A DNA stretch of 63,962 nt, counting the filler, from Asterionella formosa (lineage: Eukaryota), in the NCBI GenBank assembly GCA_002256025.1. It is 27 parts of 27 records of this genome, joined end to end, with 100 filler letters (N's around TTAATTAATTAA, not from the genome) between each part and the next. Parts side by side here need not be neighbours in the genome. Positions count along the whole stretch, not along the records: positions 12,432 to 13,884 come from NKIB01002368.1; positions 13,985 to 37,867 come from NKIB01002369.1; 25 more parts are not named here. One strand, given 5' to 3'. A program made the position numbers and the translations under genes. Every line of letters starts with the position of its first letter. Positions within the stretch are counted from its first letter, which is position 1. The notes under the pieces are model-generated. The model was not told the DNA's origin. It ran no database searches and worked only from the letters and a program-made list of their open reading frames with translations. Of the stretch, positions 12,432 through 24,122 are shown one piece after another.

Positions 12432-13345
12432 CAATTCCATCGTATCCTCTTGCTTCACTTACCACAAATCAATGCAACTGATGCATAAGTCTGTAATAGT
12501 AACTTGTCAGTAAATTCTTGAATAAGTAAGTTTCGGGTATCCAATGTTGTTGAATAAAACTTACCGGTACATTTTTGTCATCTTAACTTTGAGAGAAGGT
12601 AAACGTTTTGTCAGCTTTGTTCCAACAGAAGTGAATAGGTCCAACGAGCGACAAGAGCACTTACGCAATTTGGTTTTGTTTTACATTGGTGCTCCCCAAC
12701 AAGCGAAACGAGCTGTTTAATCAACTGAGAAAAAAGGAAATGTGGCTGCGTTTAGTTAACAATTTGTTGTTGTCCTGCCTCCCAACGATTGTCATCCAAG
12801 TAGCTACCACATTGATGGCTTCATTACCTTAAACATTCTCCATCCTTCGAATGCGCAATGTGTCGAAGTCACAATGTTTTTCGTTATGTATTGTGAAAAT
12901 TTTCTTTCTCTTAATGTGCTTTACTACGACGTATCTTTTCATGAAGCAGCAGGCATTGTTTGTTAACATGACAGAACGATTTCAAAAATATATATATGCC
13001 ATGAATATAGAAATAAAATTTGTAAATATATATATATATTAAGTGTTGTACATTTATAAAATTCAAACGCGCTCTTGACATGGAACATCTGATATGGTTG
13101 AGATGATCATACTCCCATATACATAATTCGAAAATACTCAATGCACTATATGTCCATTGTTTTCCACGACTACGTGTACCGGAATTGTTTCTGAAATTTT
13201 TTTGCATCGATATTTTCTACATCCGTTGAAACTAATTATTTAGACCGTTAAATAGCCGCCAGGGTTTTGGTAGCAAATTGTTTAAGCCCCTTTTTTGGTC
13301 GGGAGCTCTTCATGTGTACCGGTACATCATATGACAATAACAATA
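12432..13345 (+). repeat. Dispersed repeat family A, second copy
   Basis: Direct match to 4882-5830 with scattered SNPs and indels, and a local rearrangement near its 3' end. Confidence 0.9.
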
Positions 13346-13399
13346 TATCATATATATATACAGAGTACCAGTAGCAGGTAGTAAGTGATATACTGGGGG

Positions 13400-13830
13400 T
13401 AGTCGGAGTAGTAAACTAGCAACAGAACACCATATGTTCAGGACTGTTGCTACTGCAGTGGGACAGTAAATCATCATATTTTTAGGATAGTATGATCGTA
13501 AAATTAAAACACCAAAAAAACACCATATGTTTATGACTCTTGTAATGACATTGGGACAGTAAATCATCATAGTTTTAGGATCAAATGATCGTAAAACTAA
13601 AAACAAATAGAACACCATATGTTCATGACTGTTGCAATTACAGTGGGACAGTAAATCATCATAGTTTTAGGATTGTATGATCGTAAAACTGAAAAGCGGT
13701 ACCGGTAGTCGGAGTAATAAGCAAGCAATAGAACACCATAGTAAATCATCATAGTTTTAGGATTGTATAAATAGAACACCATATACATATGTCTATGACT
13801 GCTGCTACTACAGCGGGACAGTACCGGTAA
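13400..13830 (+). repeat. Degenerate tandem array, about 90-bp unit
   Basis: Recurrent aacaccatatgttcatgactg...gggacagtaaatcatcatagttttaggat..tatgatcgtaaaa, about 4 copies. Confidence 0.85.
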
Positions 13831-14353
13831 ATGAATTTAAGATCATCGAACTTTAAGGAAGACAACGACAACAGCTGGTCGTGTNNNNNNNNNNNNNNNN
13901 NNNNNNNNNNNNNNNNNNNNNNNNNNNNTTAATTAATTAANNNNNNNNNNNNNNNNNNNNNNNNNNNNNNNNNNNNNNNNNNNNAATGCCTTACCGGTAC
14001 TTCAAAATCATATTTGTATACCGTAATAATACCGCTTTGAAAGAGAACATAATACCCGTACACGTGTATGCATGAATCGATACACTGTTATTTAGCTACC
14101 AGTAAATGATTCTTGTGGTCGTCGACTCGATCCGCCCCACCTGTACAGTACTTGTAGGTGACATATTTGCAGTAAGCAAATAAGCAAAATATTTATAGCA
14201 TACAGGTATTTCCCCATCATCAATTTTCTGTTGCAAGCAAAAAAAAAAGACCAAGAGTCATCTTCCATTTGTTATAAATTTTTTAATATAAAAATCCATT
14301 GTCGAATCTGAAACCCAATCACTACAGTTAGTCAAACAATATATAAAGGCACC

Positions 14354-15410
14354 ATGAATGTCATTCGAATCCTCAGCATCCTCTCTCTACTTGTTCCGGT
14401 ATGTTCAGCGATGCTGTGTGTGTGAATGTGTTTTACAATCAAGCTCGAAAGGACTCTCAACGTTTCAACTCCTTCACATCAAAATATAAATTATATTTTT
14501 TTTTCTGCCGCGTTGCAAATTTATTTGGTCCGATTTTAATTACATTTATACTACTGCTACTTATCTATGATTCTTACTTACTAAATTTGTGTACTTATAA
14601 TAGTCTGTCTTGGGCCAGTTTGGCCTAGCCGGAAATCGAGCCAAAAAGGGAGTCGCAACCTCCTTTGAGGCACTCCAAGAAATGGCACAAAAGGACACGA
14701 GAGGAGACGACGATGACATGGGGGCACTCCAAGAACTATTGGCAGGAGCATTTGACAAGAATCCAGACATGATGAAAGCGTTTGAAAATATGGGTGAAGA
14801 TGTGATGCAAATGATGCAAGAAATGGCCAAAATGTCCCCTGGGGAACTACAATCACAAATGGAACAAGCCATGAAACTCATGACCTCGGGAGATATTCTG
14901 GACAATATTGTGGAAAAGAAGGATGAAGTCCTTGCCAACCTTGAAGCGACTGGTCTTGTTGGAAAGGAAGAGATTGCCAAGTATCGGGCAGATCCGAAAT
15001 ACTTTGAGGAACAAATGAAGGGGGCGTTTGATCAAATGAAGGGCATTTTCTCTGATCCGGACCTTATGAAGACAGCGACCGAAGCCATGAGCGGCTTTCA
15101 AAACGCGGTCAACAACCCTCTTTTGAAAGATTTGCAAGACCTTTTGATGAGAAAGAAGACTCCATCAGATTTGGAAATTGAAGAGATGCGTCTTAAACTA
15201 ATTCAAAGCAAGGATTCGGATGATGCCATTATGGCTACCATGTTTGGAGCTGGGGACTTTTCTGACAGAATTGCAAGCGCGAAATCGTGGAAGGCATCAG
15301 TTATGGAAGGACGTGAGGCCATTGCAGGATTAGGAGATTTGGGGCTTGGTGGTATGGGAGCTGGTATGGCTGGGATGGGAGCTGGTATGGCTGGAATGCG
15401 CGAGCTTTAA
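14354..15410 (+). CDS. Signal-peptide, Met-rich (STI1-like) helical protein with a C-terminal ER-retention-like REL
   Basis: Exon 1 (14354-14398, MNVIRILSILSLLVP) and an intron at 14399-14603 join in frame to SVLGQFG. The protein has DPDLM/NNPLL-type STI1-like motifs, a GM repeat tail, and ends MREL*. Confidence 0.8.
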
Positions 15411-15604
15411 TCCTAATATTCTCCTTCCTACTCGGCGAGCCACATTTCTATAGAGAGAGAGAGAGAAGAAACGCATTTATTCCTATTAAACGCGTAAAAG
15501 TCTAACATATCGCCATGTACGTTCAGATAGTAATGTAATTGCTGTTATACATACATTTGGCGACGTTTTAAACTATAGCAAGAAACTATACTTTAATAGA
15601 CAGT

Positions 15605-17134
15605 CTAGAGTCCAAATCGCTTCAAAAAATCCAAAATGGGTTTGAGCTTCTTTGTCTTGGCATAGTTGATCTCCGCAGCCATTATCTGCAGTGCAATACT
15701 GTAGGCAGGATAGGAATGCACAACATAGCTCAACTTGTCAAAAGGCATTTTGGCGCGTATCGCCACACTGAGTTCGGAAATGAGTTCACCAGCTGATGGA
15801 CTCATGACAGTTGCTCCAATGATAAAAAGGTTCTTTTTCAGATAAATAATCTTGATGAAACCCTTCTCTTCTCCGTCACAAACGGCTCTATCAACACGGT
15901 CGAGTCTCTTGAACGCCACTCCAATCTTATCAGCCCCATATTCAGCAATTGCCCGTGCTTCCAACAGACCAATCGATGATACTTCTGGGGACGTAAAAGT
16001 TGCCGAGGGAATATCCTGAAGTACACCACCATCACTGAAAGGAAGAAGAATGTTGCGAGCAGCGATAGCTCCTTGAAACCCAGCGTAGTGTGTGAATTGC
16101 TTGTCTCCAGTACAGTCCCCTGCGGCATAAATACCCTTGACCGTGGTCTGAAGTGTGCTGTCGGTCTCAATCCCACCTGTTGAACTGAACTGAACTCCCA
16201 AATCTTCAAGTCCAAATCCTTTGACATTAGGTGTGCGTCCAACTGCTACCAAGATAGTATCCCCTTCAATGGCAACTGATGTTCCATCGTCACAAGTGCA
16301 CATCGCCAAGTGACCGTCGCCTTTCCTCTCGACATTGACTAGATTGCCTTTCACTCTCTTAACGCCTTCACTTGCAAATACTTCCTCCAAAGTCGAACTC
16401 ACTTCAGGTTCTTCATTGGGAAGGAGCGTGGTAGCAATCTGTGTCACTGTAGAACCCAACCTAGCAAATGCCTGAGCCAATTCACAACCGATTGGACCAC
16501 CTCCGACAACAGTCAATTTCTTTGGCAAGGTATCAAGCTCCCAAATTTCTTCATAAGTCAAATAGTTCACATTTTTTAACCCAGGAATCGTATCCTCTGG
16601 TTTTCTCGGTTTGGCACCCGTGCACACCACAACTCCCTCGGTGGCTTCAATTACTATTTTTTCTGACGATCCCACCAACGTAACTTCTAACTGTGACTTA
16701 CTTACAAATGTTGCCTTGCCCATGAGTGTATCGATTCCAAGTGCTGCCATGGCCTCCGGTGAATCATCTTCATCATGAATTCTTTCAATATTATCAAAAA
16801 TACGCTTTTTGATCGCTTTCATATCCACTTGTACCTTTTCTGTCTTGATACCATACCTGTTGCTGTTCCGAGCATAGTGTGCGACTTTAGCCGAAGCGAT
16901 CAATGTCTTACTTGGAACACATCCAGTCCACGTGCAATCTCCTCCCATGCGCGCTTGTTCGATAATCAATGCCGACTTTTCAAATGTGGCTGCAAGTTTG
17001 GCTGCTGTCAGACCAGCAGCACCTCCACCAATGACCACCAAATCGTAGGTGGTCTTGGGGGAGAGATCCATTGCAAGTACGGAGGGAAGTAGAGCTGCCA
17101 ATACTAGGCAGAGAGGCCGGGCTAGTATGTACAT
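15605..17134 (-). CDS. Class I pyridine nucleotide-disulfide oxidoreductase (MerA/DLD-like) with signal peptide
   Basis: FAD-binding GGGAAG, redox-active GGDCTWTGCVPSK, NAD(P)-binding GGGPIGCE, IYAAGDC and C-terminal HSYP. Hydrophobic N-terminus, no intron. Confidence 0.92.
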   Translation of the reverse strand: MYILARPLCLVLAALLPSVLAMDLSPKTTYDLVVIGGGAAGLTAAKLAATFEKSALIIEQARMGGDCTWTGCVPSKTLIASAKVAHYARNSNRYGIKTEKVQVDMKAIKKRIFDNIERIHDEDDSPEAMAALGIDTLMGKATFVSKSQLEVTLVGSSEKIVIEATEGVVVCTGAKPRKPEDTIPGLKNVNYLTYEEIWELDTLPKKLTVVGGGPIGCELAQAFARLGSTVTQIATTLLPNEEPEVSSTLEEVFASEGVKRVKGNLVNVERKGDGHLAMCTCDDGTSVAIEGDTILVAVGRTPNVKGFGLEDLGVQFSSTGGIETDSTLQTTVKGIYAAGDCTGDKQFTHYAGFQGAIAARNILLPFSDGGVLQDIPSATFTSPEVSSIGLLEARAIAEYGADKIGVAFKRLDRVDRAVCDGEEKGFIKIIYLKKNLFIIGATVMSPSAGELISELSVAIRAKMPFDKLSYVVHSYPAYSIALQIMAAEINYAKTKKLKPILDFLKRFGL

Positions 17135-17579
17135 TTTGGAACAATACTACGAGGTACCTATGGTCCGAAATGAAGATACTCGGGACGAGAATCAGCAGCT
17201 CAAAGAGTGTTCCATGTGGAGAAACGAAGAAGGATCATAAAATAATAAATAAGACATGTCAGCATTTTGTCCATATGTATCTATACAGGTATATTCGCAT
17301 ATGTTCTGCAATCAAAATTCAACCAAGAATCTTCATCTTTTTGTTGATGAGATCTTTCTTTGTTTTGCTGCTTCCGTGCTTCACACCCATAGTCTGCTAC
17401 TACATATTTCTTTTGTTTTGGTTGTTGCATCGTATTCCATCGAGCTTTATTTAGTCTACCAGCATATGGGTATAAATAACTTGGAGAAAGCATATTGGTA
17501 TTAGACATGGAAACAAAAAGTTCTCGTTTAATTCTTTGTCGTCGACAGGTGTTCTCATTTGATTAATATACTATTACCA

Positions 17580-18582
17580 TTACTTCAACTGAGATAAAAG
17601 CAGAGTATCCATGACACCGTCACCAAACCATGCACGTATGAACAACATTGGGCTTGCAAAGGCTCCAGCAACATAGCGGCGCCTTGGCTTCGCCACACTC
17701 ACAGCAAGGGACACGACATTGGCAATTACAGATGGAGGCGAGGCATATTTTATCATGTCCCTGCCTGCATTCATAAATGCAATCGCGTTACTTTCGTATG
17801 GACTGCCTTTGCTTCTGTCCAAAAATGGCTGTGACATTACCCCTTCAAACTCAGTTCCAATGGCTCCAGGTTCAATGATGACAACTTTGATGTTAAATTG
17901 ATTGACATCCAATCTCAAGCAGTCAGACCAGCCCTCAAGGGCGTGCTTGGTAGCATGATACCTGTTTAAAGTCAAGTAAGACAATTTTATAAGTCGATAT
18001 CATGAATTTCACTTATACTGAAATAGCTAGTTCCTCTTACCATGCTCCAAATGGAGTATAAATCTTTCCTCCCACTGAGCTCACATTGATTATCTTTCCG
18101 TTCATTTGCGCTCTCATAGTTGGTAGCACCTCTTTTGTAAGGCGCGCCAAGCCAAAGATGTTGACTTCGAATTGACTCCGAGCTTCCTCCATGGTGACAT
18201 CCTCAATAGAACCATAAACAGCGAATCCAGCATTGTTAATGAGGACATCAATCCTCTTTTGCTCGTCAAGAATCTTCGTTACAGCGGAAACAATTTGGTC
18301 TTCCTTTGTCACGTCCATTTCAATCGCATGACCTCCAGCATCCACAAGGTCCTGCATGTGAGCAATGCGCCTTGCTGCCCCATACACACAGTGCCCATCA
18401 GCAATTAACTTCAATGCAGTTGCTTTGCCAATTCCAGAGCTAGCGCCTGTGATGAGAATCACCTGCGGTCCAGTACGTTTTTTCGGTCCAACCAACGCCT
18501 TGAGGAGAACAAAGCCGAGACCAATACCAGCAGCGGCAGTGGCGACGAGTGTCAACTTGTCTTGCTCTTGAAAACGTTGCAT
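17580..18582 (-). CDS. Short-chain dehydrogenase/reductase (classical SDR)
   Basis: TGASSGIG, NNAG, NVSS. An intron at 17962-18040 restores W-YHATK (YxxxK). N-terminal hydrophobic anchor; likely start ATG at 18582. Confidence 0.93.
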
Positions 18583-19196
18583 GAGAGATCTTGGGGTGGT
18601 GCAGATATGAGTTGTATTTTTTTGTTGTATTATAATTAAATCACTACCGGTATTTTGTGAGCGATGCAAATCATGGTACATTATTTCGATTCGCAAAACG
18701 GCTGGCCTGTCCCGCAAACACAGCGGCAACTATTTAAGTCACCCTTCCACGGCCTTCCTGTCTTGTAACGTGTGGGAGTACGGTACTGGTGAGGAGGCTG
18801 TACGTGGATATCTACCGGTAGTATCCAACCGTACACTTGTTGGCTGTTGCTCTGAACAAATGTGAGATTGTTTGTCATTCATGTCCTAGATCTGCTGTGC
18901 GTCGACTTCTGCTTCAAGGATAAAAGGTAAGGTTTAAGTGTACGGAGTAACCTGTTACTGTATATACCGGTACTCCTTAGGAGTACAAGGTACCACCGGT
19001 ATTTGACGAGGCTACGACCATACCTACGTACTGTAAGTCGAGTTACCGGTAGTTCAGGCTATGAGGACCCCTCGACAGTTCTCTGTGGCATACATCGTCA
19101 GGTGCCGCTTGGTGAGCTCGGACGGGGCTGTTGCTACAGCACGCCAAGACAAATACTGGTTAGTATAGGTAGACGAAGAATACAAATGCAGTTCTT

Positions 19197-19295
19197 TTGC
19201 TTGACAGGTGAATAGAAATGGTTCTTTGCTTCTTGTTCCTGATCATTTGCTTGACAGGTGAATAGAAATGGTTCTTTGCTTCTTGTTCCTGATCA
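19197..19295 (+). repeat. Tandem duplication, about 50 bp x2
   Basis: ttgcttgacaggtgaatagaaatggttctttgcttcttgttcctgatca occurs twice. Confidence 0.9.
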
Positions 19296-21037
19296 AGATG
19301 TAGTGAACAATCCTTGCTTTACTTGATCTGTGGTTCCAGTCTCACACCTAGTACAGGCATAGTTCAAGATCTGAATTTAATCAAATATTGCTCTATTTGA
19401 TGAACTTCAGCTAATGATACCTTGCTTTCATGATGTACAAAAATAGTTGAAGCAAGGTAAAATTAGCTTTCACCATGATTAAAACCAATTTATAAATAAA
19501 TCAATATATTTCTATATTGAGAGGGAATGGCTTTATTGGTTGAGTATGTGGACTTTGATCTGAAGTTGTGTGGTCGATTCCTGCAATTTTTTTGAGAAGC
19601 AGTTGTTGGGTTCAATTCCCACACTCCTTACTGTCCCACACAGTCTTCACTGGTCAGCAAGAAATAGTGGGTTTGCCCCGCCCCTACAAGCAGCTTGTGC
19701 CGCCTTCCTAGGTGGTCAGAGTTTCCCCTAATGCTGCAGATAAGACAATTATCTTTTGCAAAAGGTGGTTGGGGACTCATCTAGTATGCTAACGAAACTA
19801 GGGAAACACATGTTTTGTCAGGAGCAAGTAGCTAGCACAATGAATACTTGCCTCGAGAAAGGGGAGTATGAATGGGCTATAAACCATACTATCCTTTTTA
19901 TGAGCATATATTAGTCCTCCAAGGCACATTGATGCGTTTGTCATTTTTATGGGGAAATGGCCAGTTATCAACATGGTCAGCCAATGCATTGACGAGAAGG
20001 TGATGATGAGTCTACCAGTATCATGTATAGACAATCCCCGTCACATGGTGTATTTGTTTTATATCCCAGTTATGTGGGCTACTTATCTCTATATTTAGTA
20101 TTAGGATGAACTGCCATCATTTGATCCGATGTACTAGGTATAATGATGTCAGAGTTTAAAAAACCTGACCAACCCCAAGAATGATCATTAGTACTCCTCA
20201 TCTAGAAATATATTTGGCCATTCAATTGTTGTTTCTCCTACAGGTGTTCTGGAAAGAATCCTGCCTTATCCAATGCTGACTTTTTCACCAAGTGCGGCAT
20301 TTCAAAATTGTGGTCTCCATTTACCAAAACGATTTCCTCTGAGCAATCCTGTAAAGTGAAGAAAGGACAATTTAATTTTACAGATCAATTTAAATGTAAG
20401 CTGTTAGCATTGCCTCTATCAATTCATCAATGTCATTGCAAGCTTCCTCCACTGAATCCTATTGACCTGATTGTAGTGCTCAGAAAAAAGAGATCATTCA
20501 TGTTCATATCAAGAATGGTCGCTGGTTGTTTTTCTAATTGAATATCCCTCTCATCAACTTTTACTGCGGCTGCAAGAGGAAGGTAATTCGAAATGAAATG
20601 GGTGGATTCATTCCCAACGATTTCGAAACCGTTAATTAAGATAGATTATTTTCATCACTTCAACCGAAAAAGGAGAACAATTTTTGAGTTTGGCAAGAAT
20701 AAAGCAAAGTAGGAAGCAACACTTGCTTACTTTTGTTTATTTTCGCTTTTACTTTGCTTCGGGCCCCTTACTGGTCATCGTCATATGCATTATTTAAGCC
20801 ATTTGCCCATGTTTTGATGTTTCCCGCCTGTTTGGAAGAACAAAAGATTTAGCAAAAAACTTAAGTCATCACTAAACTGGTAATCATACATGTTACAGAC
20901 TATTTTGAAGAGTGCATTGATGACGTTTTCTATGTACCGGGACCAGGTACTTAAGCGCCTGCCTTTATTATGTATGATCAATTTCAGCAAAATCGCCGCA
21001 ACTTGCTGGGAGCCGTACAGGTAAATTGATTGCAGCA

Positions 21038-22237
21038 ATGCAAAATGTTAATGATGAATTCGGCGAAAGTGTATCTACCGGCAAGTTCCTGCACTCAATG
21101 AAAAAGAGCTGTGATGACGGAGTGCCGGCCCTTTCATATAGTTCAGTGTGGGTGCCATTTGGGATTGTCACGGCTTATTTAATCACTTGGGTAGCGAACT
21201 GTGAGTGCTATCAGGGAATAGCGAACGGTTGGCTAACAGGAAAGCCCTACGACAAGCCTGTTTATTTGACCTGGAATGCCTACTGTTACATGCTGCTAAG
21301 TTTTCTTTTTGTGTATCCGTATGCCAAATGGAGCAAATGCTGTTCTTTGGGTCATTTCTACTTCGTCATATGGCCCGGAAAGCTGAGCTTTCGAAAGTCA
21401 TTGCTGGCATGTCTCACTATGATGTACACATTGATTGTACTCAATATTTTGTGGGTCTATGGACTGGTCAATATTTCGGTAGCAGCGGTGAATGCTGTGA
21501 ACCAAACTCAAGCGGGCATGACTGTTGCGCTTTCTATTTGGTGGCTTGGAGATCGACTCGTCCCATCGGAAGGGATCGGAGTATTGATGTCTCTCTTGGG
21601 GGTGTCTCTGATTGTTTTGCCTCCTCTTTTTGACGCATCACGTGAAGTAGATGACAGCAAATTAATTGGAATTATCATGATCATTGCTTCATCTTTTTTA
21701 TGGGCTGTCTATCAGTTATCATGGCGTGTATTGTCGGAAGCCAAAAATGTTGAAAAACTGACGAGATTGGAAGGACTAATGGACACATTAGCCACTCTTT
21801 CAGTTATGGGCTGCTGCAACCTTTTCTTTGGTTGGCCTTTAATTTTTATTTTTCACTTGACGGGGATAGAGAACTTTGAGTTTCCATCTGAATGGATGGC
21901 GTTGACTCTCAATGGTTTGGTTGAGTACTCATTCGATGCGTCTTGTGCCACTGCAATCTTCCTAACATCACCAGTTGTGACTGCAATCACAGCACCTTTG
22001 ACTATTCCAATCTCGTTCCTTTGGGACAGCTTGATGTATAACAAGCCTCTCAAAGTGGAATCGTCGTCAGTGTTCGGAGTGGTTCTGCTATTGGTCGGGG
22101 TTGCTATGATTGAATTAAAGCCACAAATATGGGGTGAGACTATCTGCACAGTAGACGAGAAACGATCCCTATTAATCTTAACCGACGAGAAACGATGCAT
22201 ATTAACCTCAACCGACAACGAGCTTAACATGAGCTGA
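21038..22237 (+). CDS. DMT/EamA superfamily transporter, SLC35F-like (paralog 1)
   Basis: About 10 hydrophobic segments, YDKP.YLTW and LTSPVVTA..PLTIPISFLWD, typical of SLC35F3-5/Thi74-like proteins. First ATG at 21038. Confidence 0.85.
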   Translation: MQNVNDEFGESVSTGKFLHSMKKSCDDGVPALSYSSVWVPFGIVTAYLITWVANCECYQGIANGWLTGKPYDKPVYLTWNAYCYMLLSFLFVYPYAKWSKCCSLGHFYFVIWPGKLSFRKSLLACLTMMYTLIVLNILWVYGLVNISVAAVNAVNQTQAGMTVALSIWWLGDRLVPSEGIGVLMSLLGVSLIVLPPLFDASREVDDSKLIGIIMIIASSFLWAVYQLSWRVLSEAKNVEKLTRLEGLMDTLATLSVMGCCNLFFGWPLIFIFHLTGIENFEFPSEWMALTLNGLVEYSFDASCATAIFLTSPVVTAITAPLTIPISFLWDSLMYNKPLKVESSSVFGVVLLLVGVAMIELKPQIWGETICTVDEKRSLLILTDEKRCILTSTDNELNMS

Positions 22238-22889
22238 TGGCAAGAATCTGCCTTCGCCTGTGCACATACGATCCTGGTTTCTAGGATGTTAGAAGGCCTT
22301 GAGTTTTTCGTCCACGTTGCACGTTGATGAGAAAATGTGAAGGAATGAACATTCCACTATCTCAAGATGTTGCACTCCCTTTAATAAAACAAGAGACTGT
22401 TTGTCCTTATTATGTGTACCGGTATATAGTAGCTTATAGATTATTTCTAGCAAGTAATGCACCTCGTCTATTTTTAGGTACCTGGTAGCGTACCAACGGT
22501 TGATCATACGCGTAATACTTTTATACCGGTAATTCATTTTCAAAATGATAGCTACTATAGTATACCGGTATCGTTTCAACATATTCATACCTAAATATAC
22601 TTAACCTGTATGTGGTATTGCCCTGATCGTCGTGGTACTGTATGTATAGGTATCATTGAATATTCTCATTTCTATGTACCGTTATTCTGGTATTATTTTA
22701 AATACGAATATATATACATATATTTTGTTAAGCCACGAACACTTTGTTGTTGCGACTACCGGTATGATACACACCACATGGTACCAGGTACAGGGTACCT
22801 GGTACTGCAAAGGAATCATACACCAATTTCGGCGACAATGATGATGGTGTGTTTGTGACAGTGCAGCAAAAGAGAATTTTGATACGTCC

Positions 22890-24122
22890 ATGGAACAATC
22901 CCAGCTAAAGCAAGATGGTTCACTGCACCTCAAAAGATTTTGGCTGCCGATATTTGCAATTGTGGTGTATTTGATCACTTGGGTTGCAAACTGCGAGTGC
23001 TATCAAGGAATTGCCAACGGGTGGATCGGGAAGGACCCTTACGACAAGCCAGCATACATGACTTGGAATGCATATTGCTTCATGCTTATCAGCCCCATAT
23101 TTCTGTATCCGTATGCAAAATGGTGCAAACGCTGTTCGCTGAGTCACTATTTCTTCACCATTTGGCCTGGCAAATTAGGCTTTCGCAAGGCTGTCCTTGC
23201 CAGCTTTGCCATGATGTACACACTGATTATCCTCAATATTTTGTGGGTCTATGGACTGGTTAACATTTCAGTAGCCACAGCAAATGCTGTAAACCAAACA
23301 CAAACGGGTATGACAGTTGCACTCTCGGTTTTCATTCTGGGGGATCGATTTGTTTACTCAGAGGGTCTTGGGGTGTTGATATCGTTGTTTGGAGTGTTCT
23401 TGATTGTCGTTCCTCCACTATGGAACACATCCGACGAAGAAATCCAACAAGGCAGGAAATTTTTTGGGCTTATTTCCTCCGTCGCTTCTTCTTTCTTTTG
23501 GGCGATCTACCAACTTTCATGGCGCGTCTTGTCAGAAGCAAAAAATAGTCAAGACATCACCAGGTTGGAAGGCTTGATGGACACACTAGCGACGCTTTCC
23601 GTTATGGGGTTCTGCAATCTATTCTTCGGATGGATTTTCGTCGTGATCTTTCACTTTACAGGAGTAGAGACCTATCAGTATCCCACTGAATGGCTGCCAT
23701 TGACCCTCAATGGCTTGGTGGAGTACGCATTTGATGTGTCTTGCTCATTTGCGATCTTTCTTACATCACCGGTGGTAACTGCAATGACTGCTCCATTGAC
23801 GATTCCAATCTCATTCCTATGGGACAGCTTAATGTACAACGAACCACTTAATGTTGCACTCATGGATATTTATGGAGTGCTGTTGGTGTTGTTCGGTGTT
23901 GGGTTGGTTGAATTGAAACCACGATATTTCAGCTGTGATGCCATTTGTACAACCAGTCCCATCGACAAAAACAGTGCTCTACTCCCAGGAGAGGACGACT
24001 ATGTGGTTTCTGACAATGCCTTTGCACGCCAAGTGGATGAGTTGCCTGATAATGTCCTTGTGCCCAAGCCAACTAGTGTCAAAGTTTCTTCTGACTACGT
24101 CTTTGTGCGGGAGATCACTTGA
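22890..24122 (+). CDS. DMT/EamA superfamily transporter, SLC35F-like (paralog 2)
   Basis: Clearly paralogous to 21038-22237, sharing YLITWVANCECYQGIANGW and RLEGLMDTLATLSVMG. Confidence 0.87.
   Translation: MEQSQLKQDGSLHLKRFWLPIFAIVVYLITWVANCECYQGIANGWIGKDPYDKPAYMTWNAYCFMLISPIFLYPYAKWCKRCSLSHYFFTIWPGKLGFRKAVLASFAMMYTLIILNILWVYGLVNISVATANAVNQTQTGMTVALSVFILGDRFVYSEGLGVLISLFGVFLIVVPPLWNTSDEEIQQGRKFFGLISSVASSFFWAIYQLSWRVLSEAKNSQDITRLEGLMDTLATLSVMGFCNLFFGWIFVVIFHFTGVETYQYPTEWLPLTLNGLVEYAFDVSCSFAIFLTSPVVTAMTAPLTIPISFLWDSLMYNEPLNVALMDIYGVLLVLFGVGLVELKPRYFSCDAICTTSPIDKNSALLPGEDDYVVSDNAFARQVDELPDNVLVPKPTSVKVSSDYVFVREIT

Noticed and set aside
13400..13830. Possible CRISPR array
   Set aside because: Degenerate whole-unit tandem repeat without unique spacers.
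15605..17134. Calling it merA (mercury resistance)
   Set aside because: It lacks the C-terminal Cys-Cys pair and the N-terminal metal-binding domain.
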